Source of the DNA: a virus
Taxonomy: Duplodnaviria; Caudoviricetes
IMG/VR virus record: IMGVR_UViG_3300007512_001664
Coordinates: 136,820-200,819 of that record
DNA: 64,000 bases
Direction: 5' to 3' (one strand)
In this document: in pieces, positions 9,742 through 19,887 of the stretch
Position numbering within the stretch: position 1 is the stretch's first letter
Layout: every line of letters starts with the position of its first letter
Notes under the pieces: generated by a model
What the model saw: only the letters and a program-made list of their open reading frames with translations
What the model was told of the DNA's origin: nothing
Database searches by the model: none
Made by a program: the position numbers and the translations under genes

Positions 9742-10423
9742 GTTCTAACAGAGTATTATAGAAGTATTCTTCTGATTTGCTATATTCTTCTGTGTGGTTG
9801 AGTAGGCCAGGTGATTCATGAATAATGTGAATAGGGGCAGTGGTTAAGCGCAAACCAGCTAAATGACAATCTAAACAAAATTTTAGATCATAATAATGGA
9901 ATCCTTTAAGGTTAGTATCAAATTTTATTTTTTTCTCGGAAATTGATTTTGTCCGAATTGCAAGAAACACTCCGTCTAATAATACTACTTCTTTAGGTGT
10001 TTGGCCGAAGATTGTAGGGGCATAATCTGTATTATTATGATAATGTGACACTATACCAGACATAGTATCTGGCTTACATAATAAATGCCATAAACAAGGT
10101 TTTTGAACTTGTAACTTACTTCCTCCAGCGACACCGATAATATCAAATCCTCGCTTAAACGCATTACGAATTTCTACTAAGAAATTTATGCTATCAATAA
10201 ATACATCATCATGTACAAAAAGGATACAGTCATATTTTTTAAAATTTTCTGGTATAAGATAATTATTATAAACAGCACACAATCCACTAGTATTTTTATA
10301 TGTAGGCTGTAAGTCGAAAGTAGTTATAGTGTTTTCATCGTGATGAGTTAAGCTTTTAGATAATCTAGTTGTTTTAAAGATGGCTTCAGTAGTTTGAGTT
10401 GCAACCGCAATTAAAGTTTTCAT
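9722..10423 (-). CDS. GT2-like glycosyltransferase (Glyco_tranf_2_5-type)
   Basis: LFVHDDV (DxD-like), IGVAG, LLDGVFLA, FHYYDLKFCL. Confidence 0.75.
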   Translation of the reverse strand: MKTLIAVATQTTEAIFKTTRLSKSLTHHDENTITTFDLQPTYKNTSGLCAVYNNYLIPENFKKYDCILFVHDDVFIDSINFLVEIRNAFKRGFDIIGVAGGSKLQVQKPCLWHLLCKPDTMSGIVSHYHNNTDYAPTIFGQTPKEVVLLDGVFLAIRTKSISEKKIKFDTNLKGFHYYDLKFCLDCHLAGLRLTTAPIHIIHESPGLLNHTEEYSKSEEYFYNTLLEHANKRK

Positions 10424-11058
10424 ATAAAAAATGGAGAATTTAATTTAAATGTATTAGTTTTAGTAAAGTTATTTTTACTAAAATTAAATTCATATACTGT
10501 ACCCTCTTCCACCATTTCCCATTCCGAATATGGCGCTGAACTAAATGATTTATTATCAGTAAATAATGTGGAACCGGATCTAAAAATACGTAACCTACCC
10601 ATATCTGGTTCATACATCCAGCATCCAAATGTTCCTTCAATTTCCGATAGAGCGTTTTGTATACCAGACATATATATCAACGGTAATATTATACTACTAT
10701 CTACTTTATTTACCTTACTTGATAATGTGTATTTTTCTTTTAATTTATCAAAATTTTGTAGTACGCCGTTATGCGCTAAATATGTATTTTTATATGAAAA
10801 TGGATGTGATGTATCAATATTAAAAGTTCTAACTTCTGTCGTAGGGGACTGTACATGTCCTAGGTAATATAAACAAAATGGATTTTCTTCTATATGTCTA
10901 TTAAAATCTTGTTCGTATTTCGTCATTACGCGGACATTATTTTTCATTCCGCTAGGAAACATCATTGTTACGCTACGTACAAAATTACCCCTTTCTGAGT
11001 TCTTTGTATATAACTCTCTAAATGTTTTAATATCTGTTGAACCAAAAATACCACACAT
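10420..11058 (-). CDS. class II (Ntn) glutamine amidotransferase, standalone
   Basis: N-terminal MCGIFG (nucleophilic Cys), LGH, HPF, LAHNGVL, VDS, EGTFG. Confidence 0.85.
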   Translation of the reverse strand: MCGIFGSTDIKTFRELYTKNSERGNFVRSVTMMFPSGMKNNVRVMTKYEQDFNRHIEENPFCLYYLGHVQSPTTEVRTFNIDTSHPFSYKNTYLAHNGVLQNFDKLKEKYTLSSKVNKVDSSIILPLIYMSGIQNALSEIEGTFGCWMYEPDMGRLRIFRSGSTLFTDNKSFSSAPYSEWEMVEEGTVYEFNFSKNNFTKTNTFKLNSPFFI

Positions 11059-11059
11059 A

Positions 11060-12016
11060 TTATTTTAATTGTATGAACTTTGTATCACTCAGGCAACTTA
11101 AATCTTTACACCCGGCGTATGAAATAGAGCTCTTAAGAGCTTTTTCGATTTCTTTTAATCTAATATTATACTCTGGAGCTAAGTCTATTGCTATCTCTCT
11201 CCCTTCAACGAAATTTAATTTATTTCCCTTTTGCATATATGATGTACTTCCATAATATTCCTTATACCCATCAACAATTTTAGCTGGTGAGTCTACACAC
11301 CCTGCAAAGAAAGAACCAGCCATTACACAGTCTGCTCCAGCAACTAATGCTTTTGCGACATCTCCAAATTCTCGACAACCACCATCGGCCATTATTTTAG
11401 CTTTTGTTTTATGTGAGGTAATTTTTAACAATGTTGAAAACATTGGTGTACCAAAGCCTGTTTTATATCTCGTAGTACAAATAACTCCAGATCCGATTCC
11501 TACTTTAATAACGTCAGCACCGGAGTCTTCTAAAAAATGGAACCCGTCGTATGTTCCAACATTACCAGCGATAACTATTACATCAGGTAAATTCCTTTTA
11601 ACGTATCTAATCATATTACCGACTTTTTGATGATGTCCGTGCGCAACGTCAATTGTAATAATATCAACTTTATAATTATTATCTATAATCGCTTCTAATT
11701 CTTGATATGATTTTTCATTTACCCCTATACTGACACTCACACAATTACAATTAAGCTCATTAAGTTGTCGCACTGTTTCAAATACATCCTGAAATCGATG
11801 CATAATATAAAAATAATTATTATCATCTAATTGCTTACAGAGTTTGAGATCTATTACCGTTTCCATGTTAGATGGAACAACTGGTAGATTAAATGTAAAC
11901 TTACCTAATTTAAAAGATGTGTCGGCGTTGTTTCGAGTATCTAATTGACTATATCCTGGTACTAATAAGATATCAGAATATTCTAGCTCTTTACCATGGT
12001 ATATCTGTTCGCTCAT
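11060..12016 (-). CDS. guaC: GMP reductase
   Basis: PVVPSNM, IDVAHGH, AGNV, KVGIGSGVICTT, ADGG, AGSFFAG, YYGSTS, FVEG, SSISYAG. Confidence 0.9.
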   Translation of the reverse strand: MSEQIYHGKELEYSDILLVPGYSQLDTRNNADTSFKLGKFTFNLPVVPSNMETVIDLKLCKQLDDNNYFYIMHRFQDVFETVRQLNELNCNCVSVSIGVNEKSYQELEAIIDNNYKVDIITIDVAHGHHQKVGNMIRYVKRNLPDVIVIAGNVGTYDGFHFLEDSGADVIKVGIGSGVICTTRYKTGFGTPMFSTLLKITSHKTKAKIMADGGCREFGDVAKALVAGADCVMAGSFFAGCVDSPAKIVDGYKEYYGSTSYMQKGNKLNFVEGREIAIDLAPEYNIRLKEIEKALKSSISYAGCKDLSCLSDTKFIQLK

Positions 12017-12677
12017 ATTCGATTGGGTCTTTGATTTTATTCTCTAAAAAGCCTTGTATACGTGAACTACAAGCAGTACAATAACCGCATGCAACTTCTT
12101 TACCTTCATAACAAGTCCAAGTGTCTTCAAAACGCACACCATTATCTAATCCCAGTTTTACGATTTCTCGTTTAGATAACTCAATTAACGGTGCTTCTAT
12201 TTTAATTAGATTTTTTCTATTTAAACTTGTAACGTTATTAATTTCAGTTAAAAATTCCTTACTACCATCCCAGTATCCAGCCTGACTATCTACCAAGGCT
12301 GATCCATGATAAACAGTATTAGCTCCGACCGCTTCAGCATATGAACATGCAATAGACAGCATCATCATATTACGAAATGGCACATAGTTTACAGTTTGAG
12401 CGTCTCCTAGAACATCTCTCGTATGAGCGACTTTAATTTTATTGTTTGTTAAGGAAGAAGTATTAGCAATAGTTTTAAAAAATTGTATATCTAATATTTT
12501 ATGTTGTTCGATACAATCATAATTAATTAATTGAAACCCTGCGAATTGAATTTCTTTACGATGCTTTTGACCGTAATCAAAAGTTATTGCATATATATCA
12601 TCATGTCGATCCGCTGCTATGCTTAGTATTACGGAACTATCTAAACCTCCTGAAATAGGTACAACTGCTTTACTCAT
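11991..12677 (-). CDS. queC: 7-cyano-7-deazaguanine (preQ0) synthase
   Basis: SGGLDS, FDYGQKH, VPFRN, TWTCYEG..CGYCTAC zinc site. Confidence 0.95.
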   Translation of the reverse strand: MSKAVVPISGGLDSSVILSIAADRHDDIYAITFDYGQKHRKEIQFAGFQLINYDCIEQHKILDIQFFKTIANTSSLTNNKIKVAHTRDVLGDAQTVNYVPFRNMMMLSIACSYAEAVGANTVYHGSALVDSQAGYWDGSKEFLTEINNVTSLNRKNLIKIEAPLIELSKREIVKLGLDNGVRFEDTWTCYEGKEVACGYCTACSSRIQGFLENKIKDPIEYERTDIPW

Positions 12678-13758
12678 CTTCTTGTTCTAATATAGCACCC
12701 TCGTCTAATGATTTACCATACCGGTATTTTTCATTTATAGAAGATTCTAACTTAGGTAATATAGATTTCCACGTCTCTTCGTCATTGCGCCAATTCTTAT
12801 AATAACCTAATTTTTTATCCCCCATACTATATGTAGAACCATTTTGTTGTACAATACCGTGAGATACGGCAATATCTTTTAATCCAGAATATTTTTCTAG
12901 ACCTGTTTTGAAATTTAAATATGCTTCCGCTTGTAAAAATGCTGGAATAAATCTATTTTTTACGGTAAGCATTCTAAGAGTAACTCCGGAATAGTTTCTA
13001 CTTTCTGATAGCGCCTCGTCGTTGTCGTTTGAAGCGTCAGTTCTTTCTTTTTTAGCTGCCATTTGGACTAATAAAGAAGCCATGTACATAGGGCCCGACC
13101 CACCAGCTTGTTGCTTGACTAAGGTAGGATGGAGTGCACCAGGATCAGCATATGTATGATTACTACATATAATAGTTGTACCGGTCACCGCGGCCTTATA
13201 TGTAATAATACGCATCATGGATTTTAGCTGTTTGGCCCGCAGCCCCATGTCCATGGCTCCTTTATTAGACTCAGCATCAAGAATTTCTTTTGATGATGCT
13301 AAATTACCTAATGAATCTATTGATATAATAAATTTTCCGTGAAGTTCTGGTTCATTTTCTACTTCATCTAAAAATGCCATTATTTGATTACGACAGTTTT
13401 CTACAGTATCTATTGGAACATACTTTACATTAGAAACATCTAGACCTACATTTTCTGCACCTTCTTTTTCAATAGCGACCTCTGTGTCAAATATTATAGG
13501 TATCATTCCTTGCTTTTGAGCTTTAGCGAGAATTTTATTTAAAATAAAAGTCTTACCGCATTGAGACTCTCCAGCGAAAATTGTAATTCTACCCTTAGGT
13601 ACGCCACCATGTAGTGACCCAGATAGGATAGAATTTAATACTAAACAACCTGTATCAATCCACTCTGTTACATTACTCAGAGTGTTTTTCTCTAAAGTAG
13701 TAGCATTGCTGTTAAGCTTTTGGAGCTTAGCAAATGCCTTATCAACCAGTTTTGACAT
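12670..13758 (-). CDS. uvsX: RecA-like recombinase (UvsX)
   Basis: DTGCLVLNSILSG, FAGESQCGKT, FDTE, IDSLGNL, SNHTY, GGSG, KNRF. Confidence 0.95.
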   Translation of the reverse strand: MSKLVDKAFAKLQKLNSNATTLEKNTLSNVTEWIDTGCLVLNSILSGSLHGGVPKGRITIFAGESQCGKTFILNKILAKAQKQGMIPIIFDTEVAIEKEGAENVGLDVSNVKYVPIDTVENCRNQIMAFLDEVENEPELHGKFIISIDSLGNLASSKEILDAESNKGAMDMGLRAKQLKSMMRIITYKAAVTGTTIICSNHTYADPGALHPTLVKQQAGGSGPMYMASLLVQMAAKKERTDASNDNDEALSESRNYSGVTLRMLTVKNRFIPAFLQAEAYLNFKTGLEKYSGLKDIAVSHGIVQQNGSTYSMGDKKLGYYKNWRNDEETWKSILPKLESSINEKYRYGKSLDEGAILEQEDE

Positions 13759-13759
13759 A

Positions 13760-14116
13760 TTATTCCTCGAATAATGTTACTTCAGGTATGTTCTCGTCAG
13801 ATAGCGTGGTCGCGGCAGGTTCAGGGTTTGACTCTTCCTTGACATTAATCTTAGCATTATAATGAACTAATATTTTATCAGAAATAGTAACCTCGACTTC
13901 TGTGTATTGAGTGTTTAGATATTTAAATATTGGCGCTTCACCGCTAGAAAATTCAGTAAAGAATAACGGCATAACATCAACTTTCATATTAGCAGCGTCA
14001 TTGGGCGTTACCATAATCATCGCTGGTGCTTTAACTCTTAAAGATGAATCTGTTTGCTCTACTAGCTCTCCGAAACACGTCCTACCTATACTATCAATGT
14101 ATGTAATGATATCCAT
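13760..14116 (-). CDS. hypothetical protein (118 aa, beta-rich)
   Basis: ORF with its own sigma70-like promoter. Confidence 0.7.
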   Translation of the reverse strand: MDIITYIDSIGRTCFGELVEQTDSSLRVKAPAMIMVTPNDAANMKVDVMPLFFTEFSSGEAPIFKYLNTQYTEVEVTISDKILVHYNAKINVKEESNPEPAATTLSDENIPEVTLFEE

Positions 14117-14122
14117 GTAATT

Positions 14123-14150
14123 ATTATATTATCAAAAAATTAATTTGCAA
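14123..14150 (-). promoter_or_regulatory. sigma70-like promoter TTGCAA-N16-TATAAT, ATG 6 nt after the -10 box
   Basis: Read directly on the reverse strand. Confidence 0.6.
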
Positions 14151-14155
14151 CGGAT

Positions 14156-16798
14156 TTATTTAAAGAAATCAAATAAATCCGTATTAACAGCTTCACCGGG
14201 TCGAAACGACTTCCAGTTTACGTTGTCATAAAACCTATCAATAACACTATAAACGATTTTATCAAACATTTTTTCATAATCTATTTTAAAATCTTGTTCA
14301 AATTCCGGTGGTATGTCGTACTTAAAACCTAACGAATTCAAACCAAACTTGTTAGGAGAAACTGTATAAAAATATCTTATCTTATCACCGGAGCTAATAT
14401 ATTCGTGGTTATTAGAGATGTTATAATGATCTAAAAGTTTATTATAATATATAGAAGATTTTACATGAATCGGTGTTCCTTTTTTAACTGTCCAGTCTTT
14501 AGCATATATACTATATTTTTCGTATTCTTTAACACCCATAACAAACGCAATATCTCTTATAGGTAATGATTTAAAAATCTCATATGTCTCTTCAAAAATT
14601 TCATTTGTAGTGACTTGATTTTCAGTCATAATCATATGTTCAATAATTTTCTTCACATATGGTTTTATTGCATTAGGCATAGTAGTTCGAACTACTTCTA
14701 CTCCAGTGTATTTAAATTTATTACAAACAACTCCTTCATCATCTAGTTTGTGTAGGACATATCGCTTCTTTTGTAAAAAAATACCTTTATCACAAATAGA
14801 CTCTCGCTTAAAAACAAATCTAGGATCTTTAGTTAATAGTGTTTCTCTCGCCCATTTTTCAATATGAACATTTAAATCATCTTCGATGTCTTGTACTAAT
14901 TTATAAACCCTGTCATCTATTTTATTATTTTCATGCAGCGGAATATTTAAATTCTCAAGGAGCGGAGTTATTGTACAATACGAACTATCTGTATCATTAT
15001 AAATAATAGGATCGTTATTATCTAGTTCTCTATCAGATAATCCTGTTACTCTTTTTATATAATTTCTTAGAATAATATTGCTCTGTTTAATTACGTCGCG
15101 ACCAGTTAGCGTAATTGACCGGGCAATATCACCATCAGCCATGGCTGAGTTTTTATTACCGAAATATCCATAAATTCTGTTAATAAGAATTTTTAGAGTA
15201 AATTGCCAGATCCATAATTGATCAATTTTAAATTTAGTATCATTTATCTTTTTTTGTAATTTTTTCTTTGATTCGTTGTTAGTTTCTTTTTCTAATTTTA
15301 CCGATAGTTGATGTAATTCTTCACGAGCTTCGTTCCATTCTTGTTTTTTTCCTGATCGTATAGCATAAAAGTGATCTGTAATTCTAGGAAAAATTCCTTT
15401 GTTCTTTTGTGAAAAAAGCTTCTTAGCTCTTGTTACTGCTATTTCATTTTTAGCGCACCATTTATTAAAATCCCCATAAGACATTTCAATATCTTTATTG
15501 TTTATTGTCTTTATATATACCTTACCATTATCTGTGCCTACAATACTACCGATCTTTGTTTCTGGACTTAAATTAAGAGTTACCATTACACTCGGGTATA
15601 GTGAGTTAGCATCAAATGATATAATATTATTTTGAAATCCACGATGAGGTTCACCTACGTAAGCTCCCTCATACTTACCGGATCTGTCGTCTCCTTTTAT
15701 AAAAGTTGGTATAACTCTAGGCGGGTCTGACTTTCTCGCTTCAACGATAGCGCGACCGTTAACTGTACTAATAGTACCTAATGCCGCGTTAAATGGAGTT
15801 AACCCTATGTAAGACAGCATTCTCGCTAAATCCATATACATGAGCTTAGCATCCAGTTTTACCAGCAATCTTACGTCATGAATATTGTAATCAACAAATT
15901 TGTCCCAGTCTTCAATAGACAGTGTTGCAAGGTTAGTTTCTCCTATATCTACCTTGTTCTCTCCTAGTTCTATATGAGCTATGTTATCTAACTTATAACT
16001 GTCTTTCATGCCCATGCTGAAGGTTTTATACACATCTAGATAATCTAGCATTGATACTCCTTCAACTACGTATTTTGATGTTTGCTGACCGAAATTACCA
16101 CGGTACACACGTTGGTAAATTGGTTTCATAATTTCATCATGTACGGGTGAAAATAACCGAGTAGCGTCTTCTCCTAATAAGTTTCTAACTCGATTAATTA
16201 CATATGGTATATCAAAAGTCTCACTAGCCCAACCAGATAAAATATCAGGTCGATCCTTACAGTAAAAATCTAAAAACTTTTGCAATAATTCAACCTCAGA
16301 CTTGCAGTGAATATATTTTACGTCATCGGATTTTGGTTTATATGGATTAATACCCCATGTAAAATACATTTTTTCGACAGTGTCATAGATTGTAATTACA
16401 TTAATCATATGACTCGCTTCATCTGGTTTTGGAAATTCGTCAGGGGAATATGTCTCAATATCAAAGAACCATATCTTAAGAGGGAATTTGCTAAATTCGT
16501 CTGTTTCGTTTACTTCCCAAAACCTATCAACTAAAAACTGTTGGTAGGGAGAAATATTTTCATAAATTTTATGATCATTAAGATCTTCGATTTTTTTTCT
16601 TCTATCTAACTCGCTGTTTGCAGTGTGTCTTCGAAGTTTTGTACCGTACAATGAAGTTGCGTCGTATCGATTTGAATTCGTTTCAGAATAAAAATATGGA
16701 CGATACGGACAATCAGTTTCAATTCTAACTCCATTCTCATCCCATGTATACAGCCGCATAATGCGCTGATTTGGTATGTACGCTAAATTTCTATACAC
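14156..16798 (-). CDS. gp43: family B DNA polymerase (gp43), GTG start
   Basis: Exo I FFDIET, GWASETFDIPY, YNIHDV, SFDANSLYPS, KILINRIYG, YNDTDS, KKRY. No intein apparent. Confidence 0.97.
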   Translation of the reverse strand: MYRNLAYIPNQRIMRLYTWDENGVRIETDCPYRPYFYSETNSNRYDATSLYGTKLRRHTANSELDRRKKIEDLNDHKIYENISPYQQFLVDRFWEVNETDEFSKFPLKIWFFDIETYSPDEFPKPDEASHMINVITIYDTVEKMYFTWGINPYKPKSDDVKYIHCKSEVELLQKFLDFYCKDRPDILSGWASETFDIPYVINRVRNLLGEDATRLFSPVHDEIMKPIYQRVYRGNFGQQTSKYVVEGVSMLDYLDVYKTFSMGMKDSYKLDNIAHIELGENKVDIGETNLATLSIEDWDKFVDYNIHDVRLLVKLDAKLMYMDLARMLSYIGLTPFNAALGTISTVNGRAIVEARKSDPPRVIPTFIKGDDRSGKYEGAYVGEPHRGFQNNIISFDANSLYPSVMVTLNLSPETKIGSIVGTDNGKVYIKTINNKDIEMSYGDFNKWCAKNEIAVTRAKKLFSQKNKGIFPRITDHFYAIRSGKKQEWNEAREELHQLSVKLEKETNNESKKKLQKKINDTKFKIDQLWIWQFTLKILINRIYGYFGNKNSAMADGDIARSITLTGRDVIKQSNIILRNYIKRVTGLSDRELDNNDPIIYNDTDSSYCTITPLLENLNIPLHENNKIDDRVYKLVQDIEDDLNVHIEKWARETLLTKDPRFVFKRESICDKGIFLQKKRYVLHKLDDEGVVCNKFKYTGVEVVRTTMPNAIKPYVKKIIEHMIMTENQVTTNEIFEETYEIFKSLPIRDIAFVMGVKEYEKYSIYAKDWTVKKGTPIHVKSSIYYNKLLDHYNISNNHEYISSGDKIRYFYTVSPNKFGLNSLGFKYDIPPEFEQDFKIDYEKMFDKIVYSVIDRFYDNVNWKSFRPGEAVNTDLFDFFK

Positions 16799-16805
16799 TC
16801 CTTAT

Positions 16806-16834
16806 AGTATAAAGAATATGAAGCAATAAATCAA
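16806..16834 (-). promoter_or_regulatory. sigma70-like promoter TTGATT-N17-TATACT upstream of gp43
   Basis: Reverse strand TTGATTTATTGCTTCATATTCTTTATACTATAAGGAGTG. Confidence 0.7.
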
Positions 16835-18051
16835 CTAATTCCGTTTAAGCGATTAAGATTTTTTCTCTTTGGATCACCATACGGAAATGAATATAATTCA
16901 GTGTAGAAGTTAATATTATCTTCCATCCATCTGGATTTCATATACTCCCGAGCTCGTTTTACCTCTTTTATATATTTTTTATAATCACTAGTTAGATATT
17001 TTATTTTATCTATTAAGTCGTCTCCGGTAGTAAATTTATGAAATGCAGTATCATATGTGCATAAGTCTTGACAGATAGTTGGAATCCCTAGCGCACAACC
17101 TTCAATAAATTTTAAATCACTTTTAGCTTTATTAAAATTACTATTTTCTAATGGAGCGTAAAAAACTGTAGGGTTCTTACTGTATATATATGCAGGGTAA
17201 TCTACTAAATTAGTCCATTCATGATATTCAATTTTTTTCTGTGATATTAAGTCTCTTAATGTTAATGGAAAGCCCCCTATAAATACCCATTGAAATTTGT
17301 CTACTGTTTTTCTTATCACATCGTTAATATGAAAAAAATCATCTTTCTGTTTGATTCTATTTTCAATATCGAAATGAGCACCACTACCACAATATACTAC
17401 TCTTGGTTTGCGTTTAAATTTTTGAAAATTTTCTTTAATTGTTGTAAGATCAAAATATCTATCCATCCAAAATCTAGGAATAAAATTAGGCACAACAGTT
17501 ACCTGTTTATTACCAGTTTTTTCCATATAGTACTCCTGCATAAACTTATTGGTTACAGTAATTTCGTCACATGCAGCCATGATTTCCATACTAGTTTGTC
17601 TGATTTTTGGATCTTCAAACGCAAATCTAAATTTATTATAATGAGGTATATCTTCTTTGAATATTATATCGTCTATTTCGTATATGACGTTAAAATGTAA
17701 TTCTTTGGATAATTCTTTTAACCATTTTATATAACTTGCTTGAGTTTTAGTTGCTTGTCGTTGAATTCGGACTGTTTTAACTCCACTGTAAAAAGCTTTA
17801 TCTCCAATCATTACCGTACCACCCTGTACGTTTGCTTTGCTATAGCAGTTAAGCAGCAACTCTGGCCAGATCATTCTCCAATGACCACAACCTGAATAAT
17901 CTGCGTAAAAATTTAAACCTCGGGGAAGATCTGGTGCAGCACCATCTGTCTTAGGACGTTCGTTTTTAGGTCGAGGTAGAGCTAAAGACGGATTACCTGT
18001 CGGTATCGGTGCGAATGGTAAGCGAGGCATATGATTAAGATGCGAAATCAT
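16831..18051 (-). CDS. GT-B fold glycosyltransferase (GT4-like)
   Basis: SGCGHWRM, YEIDD, CDEITVTN, VVPNFIP, YCGSGAH, APLENSNFNKAKSDLKFIEGCALGIPTI. Confidence 0.85.
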   Translation of the reverse strand: MISHLNHMPRLPFAPIPTGNPSLALPRPKNERPKTDGAAPDLPRGLNFYADYSGCGHWRMIWPELLLNCYSKANVQGGTVMIGDKAFYSGVKTVRIQRQATKTQASYIKWLKELSKELHFNVIYEIDDIIFKEDIPHYNKFRFAFEDPKIRQTSMEIMAACDEITVTNKFMQEYYMEKTGNKQVTVVPNFIPRFWMDRYFDLTTIKENFQKFKRKPRVVYCGSGAHFDIENRIKQKDDFFHINDVIRKTVDKFQWVFIGGFPLTLRDLISQKKIEYHEWTNLVDYPAYIYSKNPTVFYAPLENSNFNKAKSDLKFIEGCALGIPTICQDLCTYDTAFHKFTTGDDLIDKIKYLTSDYKKYIKEVKRAREYMKSRWMEDNINFYTELYSFPYGDPKRKNLNRLNGIS

Positions 18052-18066
18052 TATATAAATTTATTA

Positions 18067-19887
18067 CTAATTACTGGATAAATCCACCCGGGTTGTAACG
18101 CTATTTTTCTTTTCTAGCATAATAACTTCACCGGAAGCCGCTTTAACAGATTCTTTTCTATGAGAGATAACATATATACTTTCGTGATGTTTGTCAACTC
18201 GTTCTTTAATTATATTTAACACTAGTTCTACTCCCTTCTCATCAAGTGAACTATCTAATAATTCATCGAACATTAATAGATTATATGCCACGTCACCTTG
18301 TAACCTTCTCATATCTATAAATGTGAATAAAATAGCAAGATCTATATTTTTTCTCTCAGCGCCAGAAAAATTAAAATACGAGCACTGTTCATTTTTTTCG
18401 TTTACAATTTCTTCTTCAAAATATTCATTAAACCTACAAATACAATTCGCGTCCATTTTTTGTAGATAATATAATAATCGTGTGTTTAAAATATCTAAAA
18501 TCTTTTTTACAATAAATGATTTGACACCTTCTTCTGATAGAATATATTTTACCACCTCTAATATTTCTAAATCAGAATGTATATTATTTGACACCTCTTC
18601 TAATTCTTCAACTTCTTTTGCTTTTACTTTTAATTTATTGTTTAATTCTTTTATTTCTAAGCTCGTTTCTCTTTTTGTTAGTTCTTGTAATTCGCTTTCA
18701 TTTTCACCGCGATCGTTTTTAAGACTATTAATATGTACCGTGGTTAATCTGTTGTTATTATGAACTGTTTTTATAGTAGAAATATATTCATTAAGTTGAG
18801 ATTCGGCGGTGATATTATTTTCCTTTAAATTAAAAATATTTTTTTGTTGTTGTAATAAGCTTTCAATATCTTGCTCACAATTATCGATATCTTTTTTAAT
18901 TTTATTTTTCTCCTGTAAGATATGATCTCTATCTTCACTAGTAATTTGTCGTAAGCAGACAGGACAACTGTCCCCCTCTGTGCCTATACTGGAGGTTTGT
19001 TTTTTATAAAATTTAATCTCGGTTTGATGTTGAGTAATTTTATTTGAAATAGAATCTAATTGATTTTGAATATCTGTTAGTTTATTTTTTATAAATTTTA
19101 GTTTTTCTTTACTTTTGTTATATAAATCTTTATTTATTTTTTTAATTTTTATTTTATTTTGCTCTATTTCTTCATTTATAATTTTTATTCTATCATTTAT
19201 TTTATCTTTCCTCTCAATAATATTAGTTACTATTTTTTCTTTTTGGTCGTTGAGAAGTTTAAAGATATTAGTTGCATGATCAAAGTCTTTTGTAATGTGC
19301 TCATATTTTTTCTGTACGTCATTATATTCAGACCGTGCTCTTAATAACATATCCGAGAAAATTTCTAAATTTAAAATACCTTCAATGAATTTTCTTTTTT
19401 CAACCTTCTTTTGTGCCATAAAAGGCAACGTAGTGTTGAGTGACATTATAACACAGTTTTGAAATACTTCAGGAGAGCAACTAAGTATGTTTTTTATTTT
19501 TTTACTAGTGTTCGGTATTGTACTTTCTGTTACATCAACGTCGTTAGCATACAGATAACATTTTGTAGGTTTTAATTTACGTATAATACGATAGTTATTT
19601 GTTTTATTATTTTCGTTTATTGAAAAATGTACTTCAACATATGTATTTTTCTTATTTACAGAATTTACAATAAAGTCTTTCGACACTTCACGTATAGTCT
19701 CGCCAAAAATAGCAAAATGTATTGCATCAGCAATTGTTGACTTACCAACTCCGTTTCTTCTATCTTCCTTATCTCTATTAACACCGGTAATTATGTTTAA
19801 GCCTGTTTTAAAATTAATCGCGATTGGCTCTTTTCCGATTGATAAGAAATTACTAATTTTTATTGAATTAAAATTTATATACTTCAT
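18067..19887 (-). CDS. gp46: recombination nuclease ATPase subunit (gp46, Rad50/SbcC-like)
   Basis: NFLSIG, NGVGKS, CPVC zinc hook, FSGAE, LMFDE, ISH. Confidence 0.95.
   Translation of the reverse strand: MKYINFNSIKISNFLSIGKEPIAINFKTGLNIITGVNRDKEDRRNGVGKSTIADAIHFAIFGETIREVSKDFIVNSVNKKNTYVEVHFSINENNKTNNYRIIRKLKPTKCYLYANDVDVTESTIPNTSKKIKNILSCSPEVFQNCVIMSLNTTLPFMAQKKVEKRKFIEGILNLEIFSDMLLRARSEYNDVQKKYEHITKDFDHATNIFKLLNDQKEKIVTNIIERKDKINDRIKIINEEIEQNKIKIKKINKDLYNKSKEKLKFIKNKLTDIQNQLDSISNKITQHQTEIKFYKKQTSSIGTEGDSCPVCLRQITSEDRDHILQEKNKIKKDIDNCEQDIESLLQQQKNIFNLKENNITAESQLNEYISTIKTVHNNNRLTTVHINSLKNDRGENESELQELTKRETSLEIKELNNKLKVKAKEVEELEEVSNNIHSDLEILEVVKYILSEEGVKSFIVKKILDILNTRLLYYLQKMDANCICRFNEYFEEEIVNEKNEQCSYFNFSGAERKNIDLAILFTFIDMRRLQGDVAYNLLMFDELLDSSLDEKGVELVLNIIKERVDKHHESIYVISHRKESVKAASGEVIMLEKKNSVTTRVDLSSN

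Noticed and set aside
8389-16798. Inteins, introns or homing endonucleases in gp41, UvsX or gp43
   Set aside because: Lengths are normal and no LAGLIDADG, HNH, GIY-YIG or splice-junction motifs were seen.
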